DNA of 64,000 nucleotides from Actinomycetota bacterium (GCA_036281075.1 DASUPO010000098.1:5082-69081), one strand, 5' to 3'. Positions 34,498 to 44,769 are shown, counted from the first letter of the stretch. A program made the numbers and translations. Notes: a model not told the origin generated them from the sequence alone.

Positions 34498-37400
34498 ATT
34501 CACCTCGTGGGTTCGTCCATCTCGACGTCCGGTCCGCGTTCTCCCTGAAAGAGGGGGCGTTCGTGCCGGAGCACCTGGCGCAGCTCGCGTCGGCGATCGA
34601 GATGCCGGCGGTGGCGCTCACGGACCGGGACGGGCTCTACGGCGCGGCCCGGTTCGTGAGCGCGTGCGAGGCCGAAGGCGTCCGGCCGATCCTGGGTGCC
34701 TCGCTCACGATCCGTGAGCGAGGCGCCGACGCCCCGCTGGTGCTGCTGGCGCAGGACGACCGGGGCTACGCCAACCTCTGCCGGCTGCTCACCGACGCGC
34801 ACATGCTCGGCGAGCGCGGCGACCCCGCGATCTCCGCGACGCAGGTGTGCGCGCACGCCGGCGGGCTGCTCGCGATCGCCGGCCCACGTTCGCACGCGGG
34901 CCGGCTCGCCATCCGCGGCCGCACCGACGCGGCCGCCGACGCGCTCGACCGGTTCCGGCAGGCGTTCGGCCGCGACCGGCTCTTCGTCGCGGCCGAGCAC
35001 CGGATGGAGCGCGACACCCACACGGAGATCCGCTCGATGCTCCGGCTGGCCGAGCGTCTGGAGGTCCGAGCGGTCGCGACGAACCCGACCAGGTACCTCG
35101 TCCCCGAGGACGCGTTCCTCGCCGACGCCCTGGAGTGCATGCGCGAGCTCGTGCCCCTCGCGTCGAACCACGTCTCGCGACGCAACGCGGAGGGATGGCT
35201 GAAGCCCGCCGACGCGATGCGGCTCCTGTTCGTCGAGCGCCCCGATCTCTGCGACGCGACCCTCGAGATCGCCGACGCGTGCCGATTCGACCTCGGCCTG
35301 AAGCGGGTCCACTTCCCGGACTTCCCGACCCAGGGGGGTCGGAGCGCCGACGCCGTCCTCGCCGAACGCTGCTGGGCTGGCGTGTTCGACCGCGGTGTGA
35401 CCGAGGACGAGCGCCTCCGGGACCGGATCCACCACGAGCTCTCGATGATCCGTCGGATGGGCTACGCGGCGTTCTTCCTCACGGTCGCCGACATCGTGGC
35501 CGACATCCGCGCGATGGGGATCCACGTCGCGTGCCGTGGGAGCGCGGCCGGTTCGCTCGTCTGCTACCTGCTCCGGATCTCCGACGTCGACGCGCTCCGC
35601 CACGACCTCTCCTTCGAGCGGTTCATGAACCCGATGCGCGACGAGCTGCCGGACATAGACATCGACGTCGAGTCCGCTCGGCGGGAGGACGTCTACGACA
35701 TGGTCCTGTCGCGGCACGGCGACGAGCGCACCGGCTGCGTCGCGATGATCGACACGTACCGGGCGCGCTCGGCGGTCCGCGAGGTCGGCAAGGCGCTCGG
35801 GCTCCCCGAGGTCGAGGTCGGGATGGTCGCGAAGTCGTTCCCGCACATCTCCGCCCGGAACCTCCGCGAGGCGATGGCCCGCCTGCCGGAGCTCCAGGGG
35901 ATCAACCTGCCGATGGCGCAGCTCGAGCACCTGTTCCGGGTGGCGGAGCGGCTCGACGGGTTCCCTCGGCACATCGCGCTGCACCCGTGCGGGATCGTGC
36001 TCTCGTCCCACGACCTCGTCGAGCGGGTGCCGCTGGAACGCTCCGCGAACGGACATCGGATGATCCAGGCGGACAAGGACGACGTCGAGCTGCTCGGCTA
36101 CCTGAAGCTCGACGTGCTCGGCGTGCGGATGCTCTCGTCCATGCGCCACGCGACCGACGAGATCGCGCGGACGTTGGGGGAGAAGGTCGACCTCGAGCGG
36201 ATCCCGCTCGACGACGAGGCGACGTTCGAGATGATCCGCGCCTCCGACACGCTCGGGTGCTTCCAGATCGAGTCGCCCGGCCAGCGCGAGCTGCTCCAGA
36301 AGCTCCAGCCGAACCGCTGGGACGACCTGATCGTCGACATCTCGCTGTTCCGGCCCGGTCCGGTGAAGTCCGACATGATCACGCCGTACCTGCGACGCCG
36401 GGCCAGCTTCGAGCGCCCGGAGTACGTCCATCCCGACCTCCGACCGGCGCTCCGAGAGACGTTCGGCGTGATCGTCTACCACGAGCAGGTGATGCGGACG
36501 CTCTCCGCGATCGCCGGGTGGGACCTCACCTACGCCGACCACGTCCGGCGGCACCTGGACCACGAGGAGCTGCTACCGACGTTCAGGAGGAAGTTCCTCT
36601 TGGGGGCGACGCGACACGGCGTCGACGACCAGGCGGCGATCAAGACGTGGGACGCGGTCGTCCAGTTCGCGTCGTTCGGGTTCTGCAAGGCGCACGCGGC
36701 GGCCTTCGCTGTCCCGACGTACCGGAGCGCGTGGTTGAAGGCGCACTACCCGGCCCACTTCCTGGCCGGGATCCTCACGCACGACCCGGGGATGTATCCG
36801 CGGCGGGCGCTGCTGGACGACGCGCGCCGACGAGGGATCCCGATCCTGCCGCTCGACGTGAACGTCAGCGAGCCCGAGTACGTCGCGGAGGAGGTCTCAC
36901 CGGGGGAGTGGGGGATCCGTCTCGCCCTCCAGGACGTCCACGGGATCTCCGACGCCGAGGTTCGCTCGATCCTGATCGGGCGGGCGGAACGGTCGTTCAC
37001 GGGCGTCGAGGACTTCCTCCGGCGGACGACCGTGGCCCGGCCGGTCGTGGAGGCGCTGGCGCACGCCGGCGCGTTCGACGCGCTCCCACAGTCGACGAAC
37101 CGCCGCGGCCATCTCTTCGCCGCGATCACGACCGACGCCGAACGCGAGGGCGACCAGCTCCGACTGCGGTTCCCGGCGAGCGCGACCCACGACGGTTCGG
37201 CTCGCTTCGCGTTCCGGGACTACACGGACGCCGAGGTCGTCCGGGCGGAGCTCGAGGTCCTGGGTCTCGATGCGACCCGACACGTCGCGACCTTCTACGA
37301 ACCGCTGTTCCGCGACCTCCGTGTCACGTCCGCGCAGGACGTCTGGCGGTGCCGCGCCGACGAGTGGGTGATGGTGGCCGGCGTGAAGGTCGCCTCCCAG

Positions 37401-37721
37401 ACCCCGGCGATCCGCAGCGGCCAGCGGATCATCTTCCTCACCCTGGACGACGGGACCGGACCGCTCGAGATCACGGTGTTCGAGACGGTCCAGCCGAAGG
37501 TCGCGAAGACCGTCTTCCACGCGTTCGCGATGGTGGTGTGGGGTCAGGTCCGTCGTACCGGCAAGCGAGGGGTGTCAGTGGTCGCCGAGGACGTCTGGGA
37601 TCTCACGGCGCTGCACCGGGCCCGCGGCGAGGGCCGGCTCCGCGAAGCGATGGCGGGCCCGGTGCAGCCCCACCGCCCGGACCGTCGCCTGTGGCACGCG
37701 AGCCCCGGCTCCGCGGGATGA
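34491..37721 (+). CDS. dnaE2: error-prone DNA polymerase III alpha-like (DnaE2/ImuC)
   Basis: 1076 aa with an N-terminal PHP domain (HLDVRSAFSLKEG...ALTDRDGLYG) and the Pol III alpha core. The size and N-terminus are typical of DnaE2 rather than DnaE1. GTG start inside the LexA box. Confidence 0.9.
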   Translation: MFDSPRGFVHLDVRSAFSLKEGAFVPEHLAQLASAIEMPAVALTDRDGLYGAARFVSACEAEGVRPILGASLTIRERGADAPLVLLAQDDRGYANLCRLLTDAHMLGERGDPAISATQVCAHAGGLLAIAGPRSHAGRLAIRGRTDAAADALDRFRQAFGRDRLFVAAEHRMERDTHTEIRSMLRLAERLEVRAVATNPTRYLVPEDAFLADALECMRELVPLASNHVSRRNAEGWLKPADAMRLLFVERPDLCDATLEIADACRFDLGLKRVHFPDFPTQGGRSADAVLAERCWAGVFDRGVTEDERLRDRIHHELSMIRRMGYAAFFLTVADIVADIRAMGIHVACRGSAAGSLVCYLLRISDVDALRHDLSFERFMNPMRDELPDIDIDVESARREDVYDMVLSRHGDERTGCVAMIDTYRARSAVREVGKALGLPEVEVGMVAKSFPHISARNLREAMARLPELQGINLPMAQLEHLFRVAERLDGFPRHIALHPCGIVLSSHDLVERVPLERSANGHRMIQADKDDVELLGYLKLDVLGVRMLSSMRHATDEIARTLGEKVDLERIPLDDEATFEMIRASDTLGCFQIESPGQRELLQKLQPNRWDDLIVDISLFRPGPVKSDMITPYLRRRASFERPEYVHPDLRPALRETFGVIVYHEQVMRTLSAIAGWDLTYADHVRRHLDHEELLPTFRRKFLLGATRHGVDDQAAIKTWDAVVQFASFGFCKAHAAAFAVPTYRSAWLKAHYPAHFLAGILTHDPGMYPRRALLDDARRRGIPILPLDVNVSEPEYVAEEVSPGEWGIRLALQDVHGISDAEVRSILIGRAERSFTGVEDFLRRTTVARPVVEALAHAGAFDALPQSTNRRGHLFAAITTDAEREGDQLRLRFPASATHDGSARFAFRDYTDAEVVRAELEVLGLDATRHVATFYEPLFRDLRVTSAQDVWRCRADEWVMVAGVKVASQTPAIRSGQRIIFLTLDDGTGPLEITVFETVQPKVAKTVFHAFAMVVWGQVRRTGKRGVSVVAEDVWDLTALHRARGEGRLREAMAGPVQPHRPDRRLWHASPGSAG

Positions 37722-37728
37722 TGTCCGC

Positions 37729-38937
37729 GTGAGCCCCCGCCCCCCCGAGCCGATCCTCCACGTCGACCTCGACGCGTTCTACGCATCGGTCGAGGTCCTG
37801 AAAGACCCGACGCTGAAAGGCAAGCCGGTGATCGTCGGAGGGACCGGTGCGCGCGGCGTGGTGACGAGCGCCTCGTACGAGGCCCGGGCCTTCGGCGTGC
37901 GCAGTGCGATGCCGTCGGTGCGGGCCCGGCGGCTGTGTCCCGACGGGGTCTTCGTCTCGCCGGACTTCGAGGCGTACCGGACGCATTCGACCCGCTTCCG
38001 AGAGGTCCTGCTCGCCCACACGCCGCTCGTCGAACCGATCTCGCTCGACGAGGCGTTCCTCGACGTCGGAGGCGCGACGAAGCTGTTCGGCGACCCCGTC
38101 GAGATCGGACGGCGGATCCGGGCGACCGTCGAGTCGGAGGTCGGCGTGATCTGCTCGGTCGGGGTGGCGCCCGTGAAATCCGTGGCCAAGCTCGCTTCTG
38201 ACGACTGCAAGCCGGACGGCTTGCGGCACGTGCCCGCCGGTCGCGTGCAGGCGTTCCTCGACCCGCTCCCGGTCCGGCGGCTCTGGGGTGTCGGGGAGAA
38301 GACCGGCGACGTCCTGGACCGGCTGGCGATCAGAACCGTGGGCGACCTCGGGCGGACGCCGGTGGCGATCCTCGATCGGCTCCTCGGCGAGGCCGCGGCG
38401 GCGCACCTGTCGTCGCTGGCACACGGGGTGGACGACCGCGTCGTCGTCCCCTACGAGGCACCGAAGTCGCTCAGCCACGAGGCGACCTTCGACCGCGACC
38501 TCGACGACGAGGACGAGATCCTGCGCGAGCTGCTCGCCCTCTCGGGCAAGGTGGCCGCCCGCCTCCGGGAGGACGGGTACCGCGCGCGGACCGTCACCCT
38601 GAAGGCCCGGCTGGCCAACTTCACGACGCTCACCCGGTCGCGGACCCACGGCGACCCGACCGATCTCGGCGCTGATCTCTACCGGACGGTCGGAGAGCTC
38701 TATCGGGCGCTCCCGGGAGCGCGGCGGCGGATCCGGCTCCTCGGGGTCCAGGCCGGCGGCCTCGTCCCGGCGGGGGCGGAGCAGCTGGCGCTGCTGCACC
38801 CCGAGCGGCGGGGGGACGTGGAACGGACCGTCGATCGGATCGAGCGGCGGTTCGGGACGGGGGCGACGACCCCGGCGAGCTTGCTGGGCCGCGCCGATCG
38901 ACGGGAGGTTCCGCTCGGTCCGAGGGGCTCTCTATAA
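37729..38937 (+). CDS. dinB: DNA polymerase IV (Y-family), catalytic residues intact
   Basis: HVDLDAFYASVE and SLDEAFLDV show the catalytic D, D and E are present, so this is not an ImuB-type inactive homolog. It starts 8 nt after dnaE2. Confidence 0.9.
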   Translation: MSPRPPEPILHVDLDAFYASVEVLKDPTLKGKPVIVGGTGARGVVTSASYEARAFGVRSAMPSVRARRLCPDGVFVSPDFEAYRTHSTRFREVLLAHTPLVEPISLDEAFLDVGGATKLFGDPVEIGRRIRATVESEVGVICSVGVAPVKSVAKLASDDCKPDGLRHVPAGRVQAFLDPLPVRRLWGVGEKTGDVLDRLAIRTVGDLGRTPVAILDRLLGEAAAAHLSSLAHGVDDRVVVPYEAPKSLSHEATFDRDLDDEDEILRELLALSGKVAARLREDGYRARTVTLKARLANFTTLTRSRTHGDPTDLGADLYRTVGELYRALPGARRRIRLLGVQAGGLVPAGAEQLALLHPERRGDVERTVDRIERRFGTGATTPASLLGRADRREVPLGPRGSL

Positions 38938-38976
38938 TCGACGTGACGGGTCGTTCCCCCACGGCCGGAGGTTCGG

Positions 38977-39336
38977 ATGCCCCTCAACGAACAAGAGCAG
39001 AAGATCCTCGAGGAGATCGAGCGACGGCTCTCCGAGGAGGATCCTCGCCTCGTCGAACAGGTCAGCCGCACCAACCTGCACACGCACGCCTGGGGCCGGA
39101 TGAAGATGGCGATGGCGGGCTTCGTCGTCGGGTTGCTGCTGCTGTTGCTCGTCGGCGTGTCCGTCTGGATCGCGGCCGCGGGTTTCGTCCTGATGACGCT
39201 CTCCGCCCTGCTCGCGTATCGCTACGCCGGCCGGCTTGGCGACGATCGGGCGGCCTCCGGGACCTTCGGCCGGCTCGCGGCGCGGGTCGCGGGACGTCTC
39301 CGTCGACCCGCCTCGGGGATGCCGCCGGAGGACTGA
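38977..39336 (+). CDS. DUF3040-family small membrane protein
   Basis: MPLNEQEQKILEEIERRLSEEDPRL followed by a TM segment. Confidence 0.65.
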   Translation: MPLNEQEQKILEEIERRLSEEDPRLVEQVSRTNLHTHAWGRMKMAMAGFVVGLLLLLLVGVSVWIAAAGFVLMTLSALLAYRYAGRLGDDRAASGTFGRLAARVAGRLRRPASGMPPED

Positions 39337-39559
39337 TCCGGGCGTCGCGCGCGTGGCGCGCGAGACTTCGATCGCGAACGCGTCGTCGATCACACGGTCT
39401 GACCTTTGCGCTTGTCACGTTTCCTTCGATGGGTGTAGAACGTGCATTCCTTCCCCTGGGTGTGGGTCGTCGCCGGAGGCGGGTCTCCCCGGAGGACCCG
39501 TGACGATCGCACCGGATGGTTCGGTTCGAAGTGTGTGATCGGAAGGGGCGCGCGTCCGG

Positions 39560-40054
39560 ATGGAGGGGTTCACGGCCCATCAGGCTTGCAAGTTCACCGG
39601 TTGTTCTCCGCGCCAACTTCGCTACTGGGACGAGATCGGACTCGTCCAGCCGTCGGTCCAGGGGACCGGCGGCCGGCCCGGCGTGCCCCGGCTTTATTCG
39701 TTCCGCGACCTCGTCGCGCTGCGAGTCGTGAAGTCGCTGCTGGACGGGGGGATGTCGCTCCAGCGTGTCCGGCGGTCGTGGGAGTTCCTGACGAGGAAGG
39801 CAGGGCTCACGAAGCACCTGTCCGAGGTGAAGCTCGTGACCGACGGCCAGTCGATCTTCAAGATCTGCCGCCGTGACGGAGAGGTGATCGACGCCCTGCG
39901 CGACGGTCAGATGGCGTTCTTCGTGGCGATCGACGACATCGCCACCGGCGTCGAGACGAAGGTCCGACAGTACGAGGAGGATCGGGAGCGCTTCGTCCGG
40001 GCGCTCCGGGCGGCCGCCGCGCACACGGCGACGCGCCACGCGGCCGTTCGCTGA
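39560..40054 (+). CDS. MerR-family transcriptional regulator
   Basis: N-terminal HTH (TAHQACKFTGCSPRQLRYWDEIGLVQP). Confidence 0.7.
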   Translation: MEGFTAHQACKFTGCSPRQLRYWDEIGLVQPSVQGTGGRPGVPRLYSFRDLVALRVVKSLLDGGMSLQRVRRSWEFLTRKAGLTKHLSEVKLVTDGQSIFKICRRDGEVIDALRDGQMAFFVAIDDIATGVETKVRQYEEDRERFVRALRAAAAHTATRHAAVR

Positions 40055-40072
40055 GGATCAGCTGAGGATCAG
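40051..40072. repeat. 11-bp perfect tandem duplication TGAGGATCAGC x2 spanning the two convergent stop codons (MerR TGA, tgpA TGA)
   Basis: Read directly from the sequence: gcTGAGGATCAGCTGAGGATCAGCgcc. Confidence 0.5.
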
Positions 40073-42375
40073 CGCCGCCGGTACAGCCCGACGAACCACC
40101 TGGCCGGCCCCACGGCCCGACGGATCTCCCTGATCGCGATGTCCGCAGCGTCGCCGGCCTCCTGCGCCTGCCCCGCATCGGGTTCGTGCTGCGAGTACGC
40201 GGCGCTCGTCGCGAGCCGGGTCAGTCGGTCCAGGTGCCCGTCGGACAGGTAGCCGGTCCCAGCGACGGTGCGGCGGTACTCCTCGAGGGTCTGACCCGGG
40301 GCTCGGCCGAAACCGAGCCCCGTCGCGCGTTCCACGAACTGCTCGTAGGTCACGAGGATCAGGCGCCTCGGGTCCGCCACGACCCGTCGGATCCGCGCCC
40401 TCCTCCGGAGGGCGCGGATCGGCGGCACGACCAGCAGGAACAGGAGCCCGACGACCCCGGCCGCGAGGAGGACCCGCCACGCGGTGACGATCGGCTCGCG
40501 CCCGATCGGGACCGGTGGGGCGAGTGGCGCCGGCGGCGGCGCGGTGCCCAGCCGTGGATCGCCCTCGATCCGCTCCCGCTGATCCGTCCCGGGGGTCGCT
40601 TCCTGACCCGGAAGGGCCGGGGGCGCGCTCCCGCCCGGGCAGTCCGGGCCCGAGCAGGCCTCCCCGCCGTCGAAGTACAGGGCGTCGGGATTCACGCGGC
40701 TCGGCGTCGGCTCGAACGGCAGCCACCCCCAGCCCTCGAAGTAGACCTCGACCCAGCTGTGGGCCGTGTCGGACATCACCGAGTAGGTGCCCTCGCTCAC
40801 GGAGCTCGGGACACCGCTCGAGAACCCGACCACGATGCGCGCGTCGATCCCGAGCTCACGGAGCAGGACCGCCATCGAGAAGGAGAACTGCTGGCAGAAC
40901 CCGGCTCTCGATCGCGTCAGGAAATCCAGGATCGAGTTCGTCCCCCCGCGGAGGTCGGTGACGGTCGTGTAGCTGAAGACGGACGTGTCGCGCAGCCGGT
41001 CCTCGATCGCCTTCACCCGATCGAACCGGTTGGCCGCGCCGTCCGTCCACTCCACGGCGATCTGGCGAAGCTCCTCCGGCATGTCGGGAGGCAGATCGAC
41101 GTAGCGCCCGCCCTCGATCGGGACGCCGTTCTCCACGAGGCGGAGCTCGTTCGCGGTCGGCTGGAGCGTCTGGGCCGTGACCTCGAAGACATCGCCGCTC
41201 GCGAGCGGACGGTCGAGGTACGTGCTCGCCGTCGCGGCGTCGAACCGCACCGTCCGCCCCGGCACGTCGATCGTCGTCACCGGGTACGGCACGGGCAGCC
41301 AGTCGTCCTCGAACCGCCGCACCACCTCGATCGCCACCGGATCGGTCAGGCCGCCCGCTCCCTCGGAGCCGACGGCCGTGGAGACCCGACCGCCCTGTGG
41401 GATCACGACCCCATCGCGGGGGGGATCGGGGAGCCGGAAGCTGACGCCGTCGAATCGCGGGAGCGCGAAGAGCCGGAGGTACGCTGGCCGCGGCGCGGTC
41501 ATCCGGAGGATCTCGTATTTCGCGCGGCTCGTGAGCTGAGCCTGGATCGTGACGAAGGGGTCGATCGAGACCGCGTCCTGGGAGGTCGATCCGAGATCGA
41601 TCAGCCCGCGCGAGCCGAACCCGGGCAGGAAGATCGGGGCGAGGGCGGCGGCGCCGAGGGCGGTGATCGCCAGCCCCCTCGCGCGCCGACCGGCGAAGGA
41701 CGCCACACCCCGCCGCGCCGAGGACCAGACCGGACCCCAGCCCTGGACCCGCGAGAGGCCGTCGGCGAAGACCACGAGCAGGGCGGCCGCGAGGAAGGCA
41801 ACGCCGTAGAGGGGCTTGACGAACTGCTCCAGGACCGAGTCCGAGAACGCGAGCAGCGCGACGGGCGGGATCAGCCCGAGGAGCGGACTCCCCGCGCGGA
41901 ACGCGAGGGCGTGGGCCGAGAACATCGCGGCCCACAAGGACACCACGGCGGCGAGCAGGAGCGGGGGGATGGGCTCGGCCGGCGCGGCCTGGATCCTGGC
42001 CTGTTCCCCGACCAGCGCCGCGGCGTCGAGCGTGGCGCGGAGCGTGTCCATCGTCGGGAGGCCGTACCAGGTCGTGTCGGGGAACACGATCAGCCCGACC
42101 GCCAGCGCGAGCCCGAGCGCGCTCGCGACGGTCGACAGGAGCAGGCTGCGACGCTCGAAGACCGCGGCGAGGAGCGCGGCCACCACGGCGACGATGAGCA
42201 GCTTCAGCGTGGTGGTCGGCCCCAGGAAGACCCGGCCGAACGCCAGGGCCGTCGCCGCCGCCAGCAGCAGCACGGCGGCGAGCGCGATCAGCCGATGCGC
42301 GCGAGCGGACGTTCCAGCGGCGTGTGCCATCGCTCCTGCAATCTCATCGAAGGGGGCAGGACGATCACGTCCCAC
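40069..42375 (-). CDS. transglutaminase-domain membrane protein (TgpA-like: N-terminal TM region + TGc core + DUF4129-like tail)
   Basis: The TGc catalytic core is GFCQQFSFSMAVLLRELGIDARIVVGF...SDTAHSWVEVY. It has multiple N-terminal TM helices. Confidence 0.8.
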   Translation of the reverse strand: MGRDRPAPFDEIAGAMAHAAGTSARAHRLIALAAVLLLAAATALAFGRVFLGPTTTLKLLIVAVVAALLAAVFERRSLLLSTVASALGLALAVGLIVFPDTTWYGLPTMDTLRATLDAAALVGEQARIQAAPAEPIPPLLLAAVVSLWAAMFSAHALAFRAGSPLLGLIPPVALLAFSDSVLEQFVKPLYGVAFLAAALLVVFADGLSRVQGWGPVWSSARRGVASFAGRRARGLAITALGAAALAPIFLPGFGSRGLIDLGSTSQDAVSIDPFVTIQAQLTSRAKYEILRMTAPRPAYLRLFALPRFDGVSFRLPDPPRDGVVIPQGGRVSTAVGSEGAGGLTDPVAIEVVRRFEDDWLPVPYPVTTIDVPGRTVRFDAATASTYLDRPLASGDVFEVTAQTLQPTANELRLVENGVPIEGGRYVDLPPDMPEELRQIAVEWTDGAANRFDRVKAIEDRLRDTSVFSYTTVTDLRGGTNSILDFLTRSRAGFCQQFSFSMAVLLRELGIDARIVVGFSSGVPSSVSEGTYSVMSDTAHSWVEVYFEGWGWLPFEPTPSRVNPDALYFDGGEACSGPDCPGGSAPPALPGQEATPGTDQRERIEGDPRLGTAPPPAPLAPPVPIGREPIVTAWRVLLAAGVVGLLFLLVVPPIRALRRRARIRRVVADPRRLILVTYEQFVERATGLGFGRAPGQTLEEYRRTVAGTGYLSDGHLDRLTRLATSAAYSQHEPDAGQAQEAGDAADIAIREIRRAVGPARWFVGLYRRR

Positions 42376-43517
42376 CCCGCGCGGACCAGGGACAGGCGGG
42401 CCTGGCTCGCCCGCCCCTCGAGCTGCGCCTGCCGCTCCGGCGGCAGCCGGCCGGGGTCGGTCGGGTAGATCAGGATCGCGAGCTTCTGGCCGAAGCCCGC
42501 GCCGGCACGGATCAGGCTGCCGAGCTCCCCGGGGACCGGCGGCGCGGACACGAAGACGACCGAGGTGTCGGGCGAGGAGCCCGCTCGGAGATGGGCGAGG
42601 GCGGGCGCCATCGAGCGCACCTCGGCGTGCGAGACGCCGGTGAGCGCATCCAGGAACCGGTCCTCGGACAGGGCCGCGGCGGGCAGGTCGGTCGTGCCGA
42701 GCCGCAGGACGAAGCCGCGATGGGCGAGGACGGCGCCGACGGAGGCCGCGACGGAGACCCCGCGTTCGAAGGCGGGCGTGTGCGTGCGGCCGAGCGCCGT
42801 GGCACGCGTGTCGAGGAACACCAGGCCGCTCGCGCGACGCGAGGACTCGTCCTGGCGGATCATCAGGACGCCCGTCCTGGCGACCGATGGCCAGTGGATC
42901 CGGCGGAGATCGTCGCCCTCCTGGTACTGCCGCATCGTGTAGTACTCCTCGCCGGTCCGGAACAGCTGCCGCGTCCGGGACGCGCCGAAGGACGGTCCCG
43001 ACGAGGGGTCCGGCGCCTGCCCGAGATCCTCGATCTCCGGCGTGACGAGGAGCTCCTCGCGTTCCTCGAACTCGAGCCGCAGGCGGGTCAGAGCGAACGG
43101 GTCGGAGACGTCGACGACGAGCGGCCCGAGGAGGTACCGCCCGCGGGCCTGGGGAACGAGCGTGTACGTCGCCTGCTCACGGGATCCGGCTCGGATCCCG
43201 CCGATCACGAGCCGCGCCGCGCGGCCGAGGGGCGTGGGGAGCCGGTCCTCCACGAGCAGGAACGACGTCGGCAGCGGTGAGCGGTTCTCCACGTCGAGCG
43301 TGACGGTCACGCGCGACCCGGGCGAGACGCGCACGTCGGACAGCCGGCGGCGGACGAGGATCCGCCGTGCGCCGCGCTTGGCCGCGAACGCGGCCAGCAG
43401 CGGCAGCGCGGCGATCCCGACCGCCACCACCTCGAGGCCGGGGGAGCCGATGATCCTGGCCGCGACCCACATCGCGAGGCCGGTCGACAGGACCGCGGCC
43501 CCACGGCCGGCGAGCAT
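42288..43517 (-). CDS. DUF58-domain protein (MoxR partner, vWA-like)
   Basis: ATG start (MLAGRGAAVLS) overlaps the moxR stop by 1 nt. It has an N-terminal TM pair and the DUF58 pattern RQYQEGDDLRRIHW. Confidence 0.75.
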   Translation of the reverse strand: MLAGRGAAVLSTGLAMWVAARIIGSPGLEVVAVGIAALPLLAAFAAKRGARRILVRRRLSDVRVSPGSRVTVTLDVENRSPLPTSFLLVEDRLPTPLGRAARLVIGGIRAGSREQATYTLVPQARGRYLLGPLVVDVSDPFALTRLRLEFEEREELLVTPEIEDLGQAPDPSSGPSFGASRTRQLFRTGEEYYTMRQYQEGDDLRRIHWPSVARTGVLMIRQDESSRRASGLVFLDTRATALGRTHTPAFERGVSVAASVGAVLAHRGFVLRLGTTDLPAAALSEDRFLDALTGVSHAEVRSMAPALAHLRAGSSPDTSVVFVSAPPVPGELGSLIRAGAGFGQKLAILIYPTDPGRLPPERQAQLEGRASQARLSLVRAGWDVIVLPPSMRLQERWHTPLERPLARIG

Positions 43518-44491
43518 CACGGGTTCTCCGCGATGGGAACGTCGACCTCGTCGACGATCTCCCTCACCAGGACGTCGGCCGAGCGCCCGCTCATGATCGC
43601 GTCCGCGGTGACGATGATGCGGTGGGACAGGGCGGTGGGCGCCAGGGTCTTGACGTCGTCGGGGATCACGTAGTCGCGTTCCTCGGCGGCCGCGAGCGCC
43701 CGGGCCGCGCGGAGGATCATGATCGAGGCGCGGGGGCTGGCGCCCAGGTAGACGTCGGAGTGCTTCCGGGTCGCCTCGACCAGATCCACGATGTACCGGC
43801 GGATCGCGGGCGCCGCGTGGATCTGCCGGGCTTCCTCGATCATCTCGCGCACCCCGGCCGCGTCGCTCACCGGTCCGATGTCGTCCAGAGGAGCGCCGGC
43901 GGCGTGGCTCGCGAGGATGTCGGTCTCGACGTCGTTGTCCGGGTAGCCGATCGCGAGCCGCAGCATGAACCGGTCGAGCTGCGCCTCCGGGAGCGGATAC
44001 GTGCCCTCGTGCTCGATTGGGTTCTGCGTCGCGATCACGATGAACGGCGTGCCGAGCGTATGGGTCTCGGTGTCGACCGTGACCTGCCGCTCCTCCATGC
44101 ACTCGAGGAGCGCGGACTGCGTCTTCGGCGACGCGCGATTGATCTCGTCACCGAGCACGATGTTGGCGAAGATCGCGCCGGGCTTGAACTCGAAGTCGCC
44201 GGTCTCCTGGCTGAAGACGTTCACCCCCGTGACGTCGGTGGGCAGCAGATCGGGCGTGAACTGGATCCGCCGGAAGGAGCAGTCGATCGATCGTGCGATC
44301 GACTTCGCGAGCATCGTCTTGCCGACGCCCGGGACGTCCTCGATCAGGAGGTGCCCCTCGGCGATCAGCCCGACCAGCGCCAGGCGGATCTCCCGGTGCT
44401 TCCCCCGGACCACGCGTTCGACGTTCTCCTCGATCTCGCGGAACCGAGCGGCGAACGCCTGCGGGTCCGGGAGCCTCTCTCGTACCTCCAT
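43517..44491 (-). CDS. moxR: MoxR-family AAA+ ATPase
   Basis: GHLLIEDVPGVGKT (Walker A), IVLGDEINRA (Walker B) and the ATQNPIEHEGTYPLPEAQLDRF arginine-finger region. Confidence 0.9.
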   Translation of the reverse strand: MEVRERLPDPQAFAARFREIEENVERVVRGKHREIRLALVGLIAEGHLLIEDVPGVGKTMLAKSIARSIDCSFRRIQFTPDLLPTDVTGVNVFSQETGDFEFKPGAIFANIVLGDEINRASPKTQSALLECMEERQVTVDTETHTLGTPFIVIATQNPIEHEGTYPLPEAQLDRFMLRLAIGYPDNDVETDILASHAAGAPLDDIGPVSDAAGVREMIEEARQIHAAPAIRRYIVDLVEATRKHSDVYLGASPRASIMILRAARALAAAEERDYVIPDDVKTLAPTALSHRIIVTADAIMSGRSADVLVREIVDEVDVPIAENP

Positions 44492-44769
44492 CAGCGATCT
44501 CTCCCGGGCTCGAGCAGGTTCACAATCTTACGTTCCGCCGCAGAACGCGGGGAGTCCCGGAGCACGAGACGCGCGGGGGGGACGGCAAGTTCCCGACACG
44601 CGATTGGGAGGAGGGCGGACCGGCCCGCGAACGGACGCCCCGCGCGGCCCCTGTTCGCAACGATCAGGCATCGCGCGCGAGCCGGCCCGCCTCCCCGCGG
44701 AGATTACACGCTTGTGATCCGCTCGCTCGTATCCCTCGGAGCGGCTGCGAGGTCGTTACACTTCGCGAC

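Noticed and set aside
34500-37732. 687-aa antisense and 961-aa off-frame ORFs over dnaE2
   Set aside because: dnaE2 is unambiguous in its own frame. The others are GC artefacts.
40186-42468. 760-aa ORF antisense to the transglutaminase gene
   Set aside because: Low-complexity R/G/E-rich. The sense strand has the TGc catalytic core.
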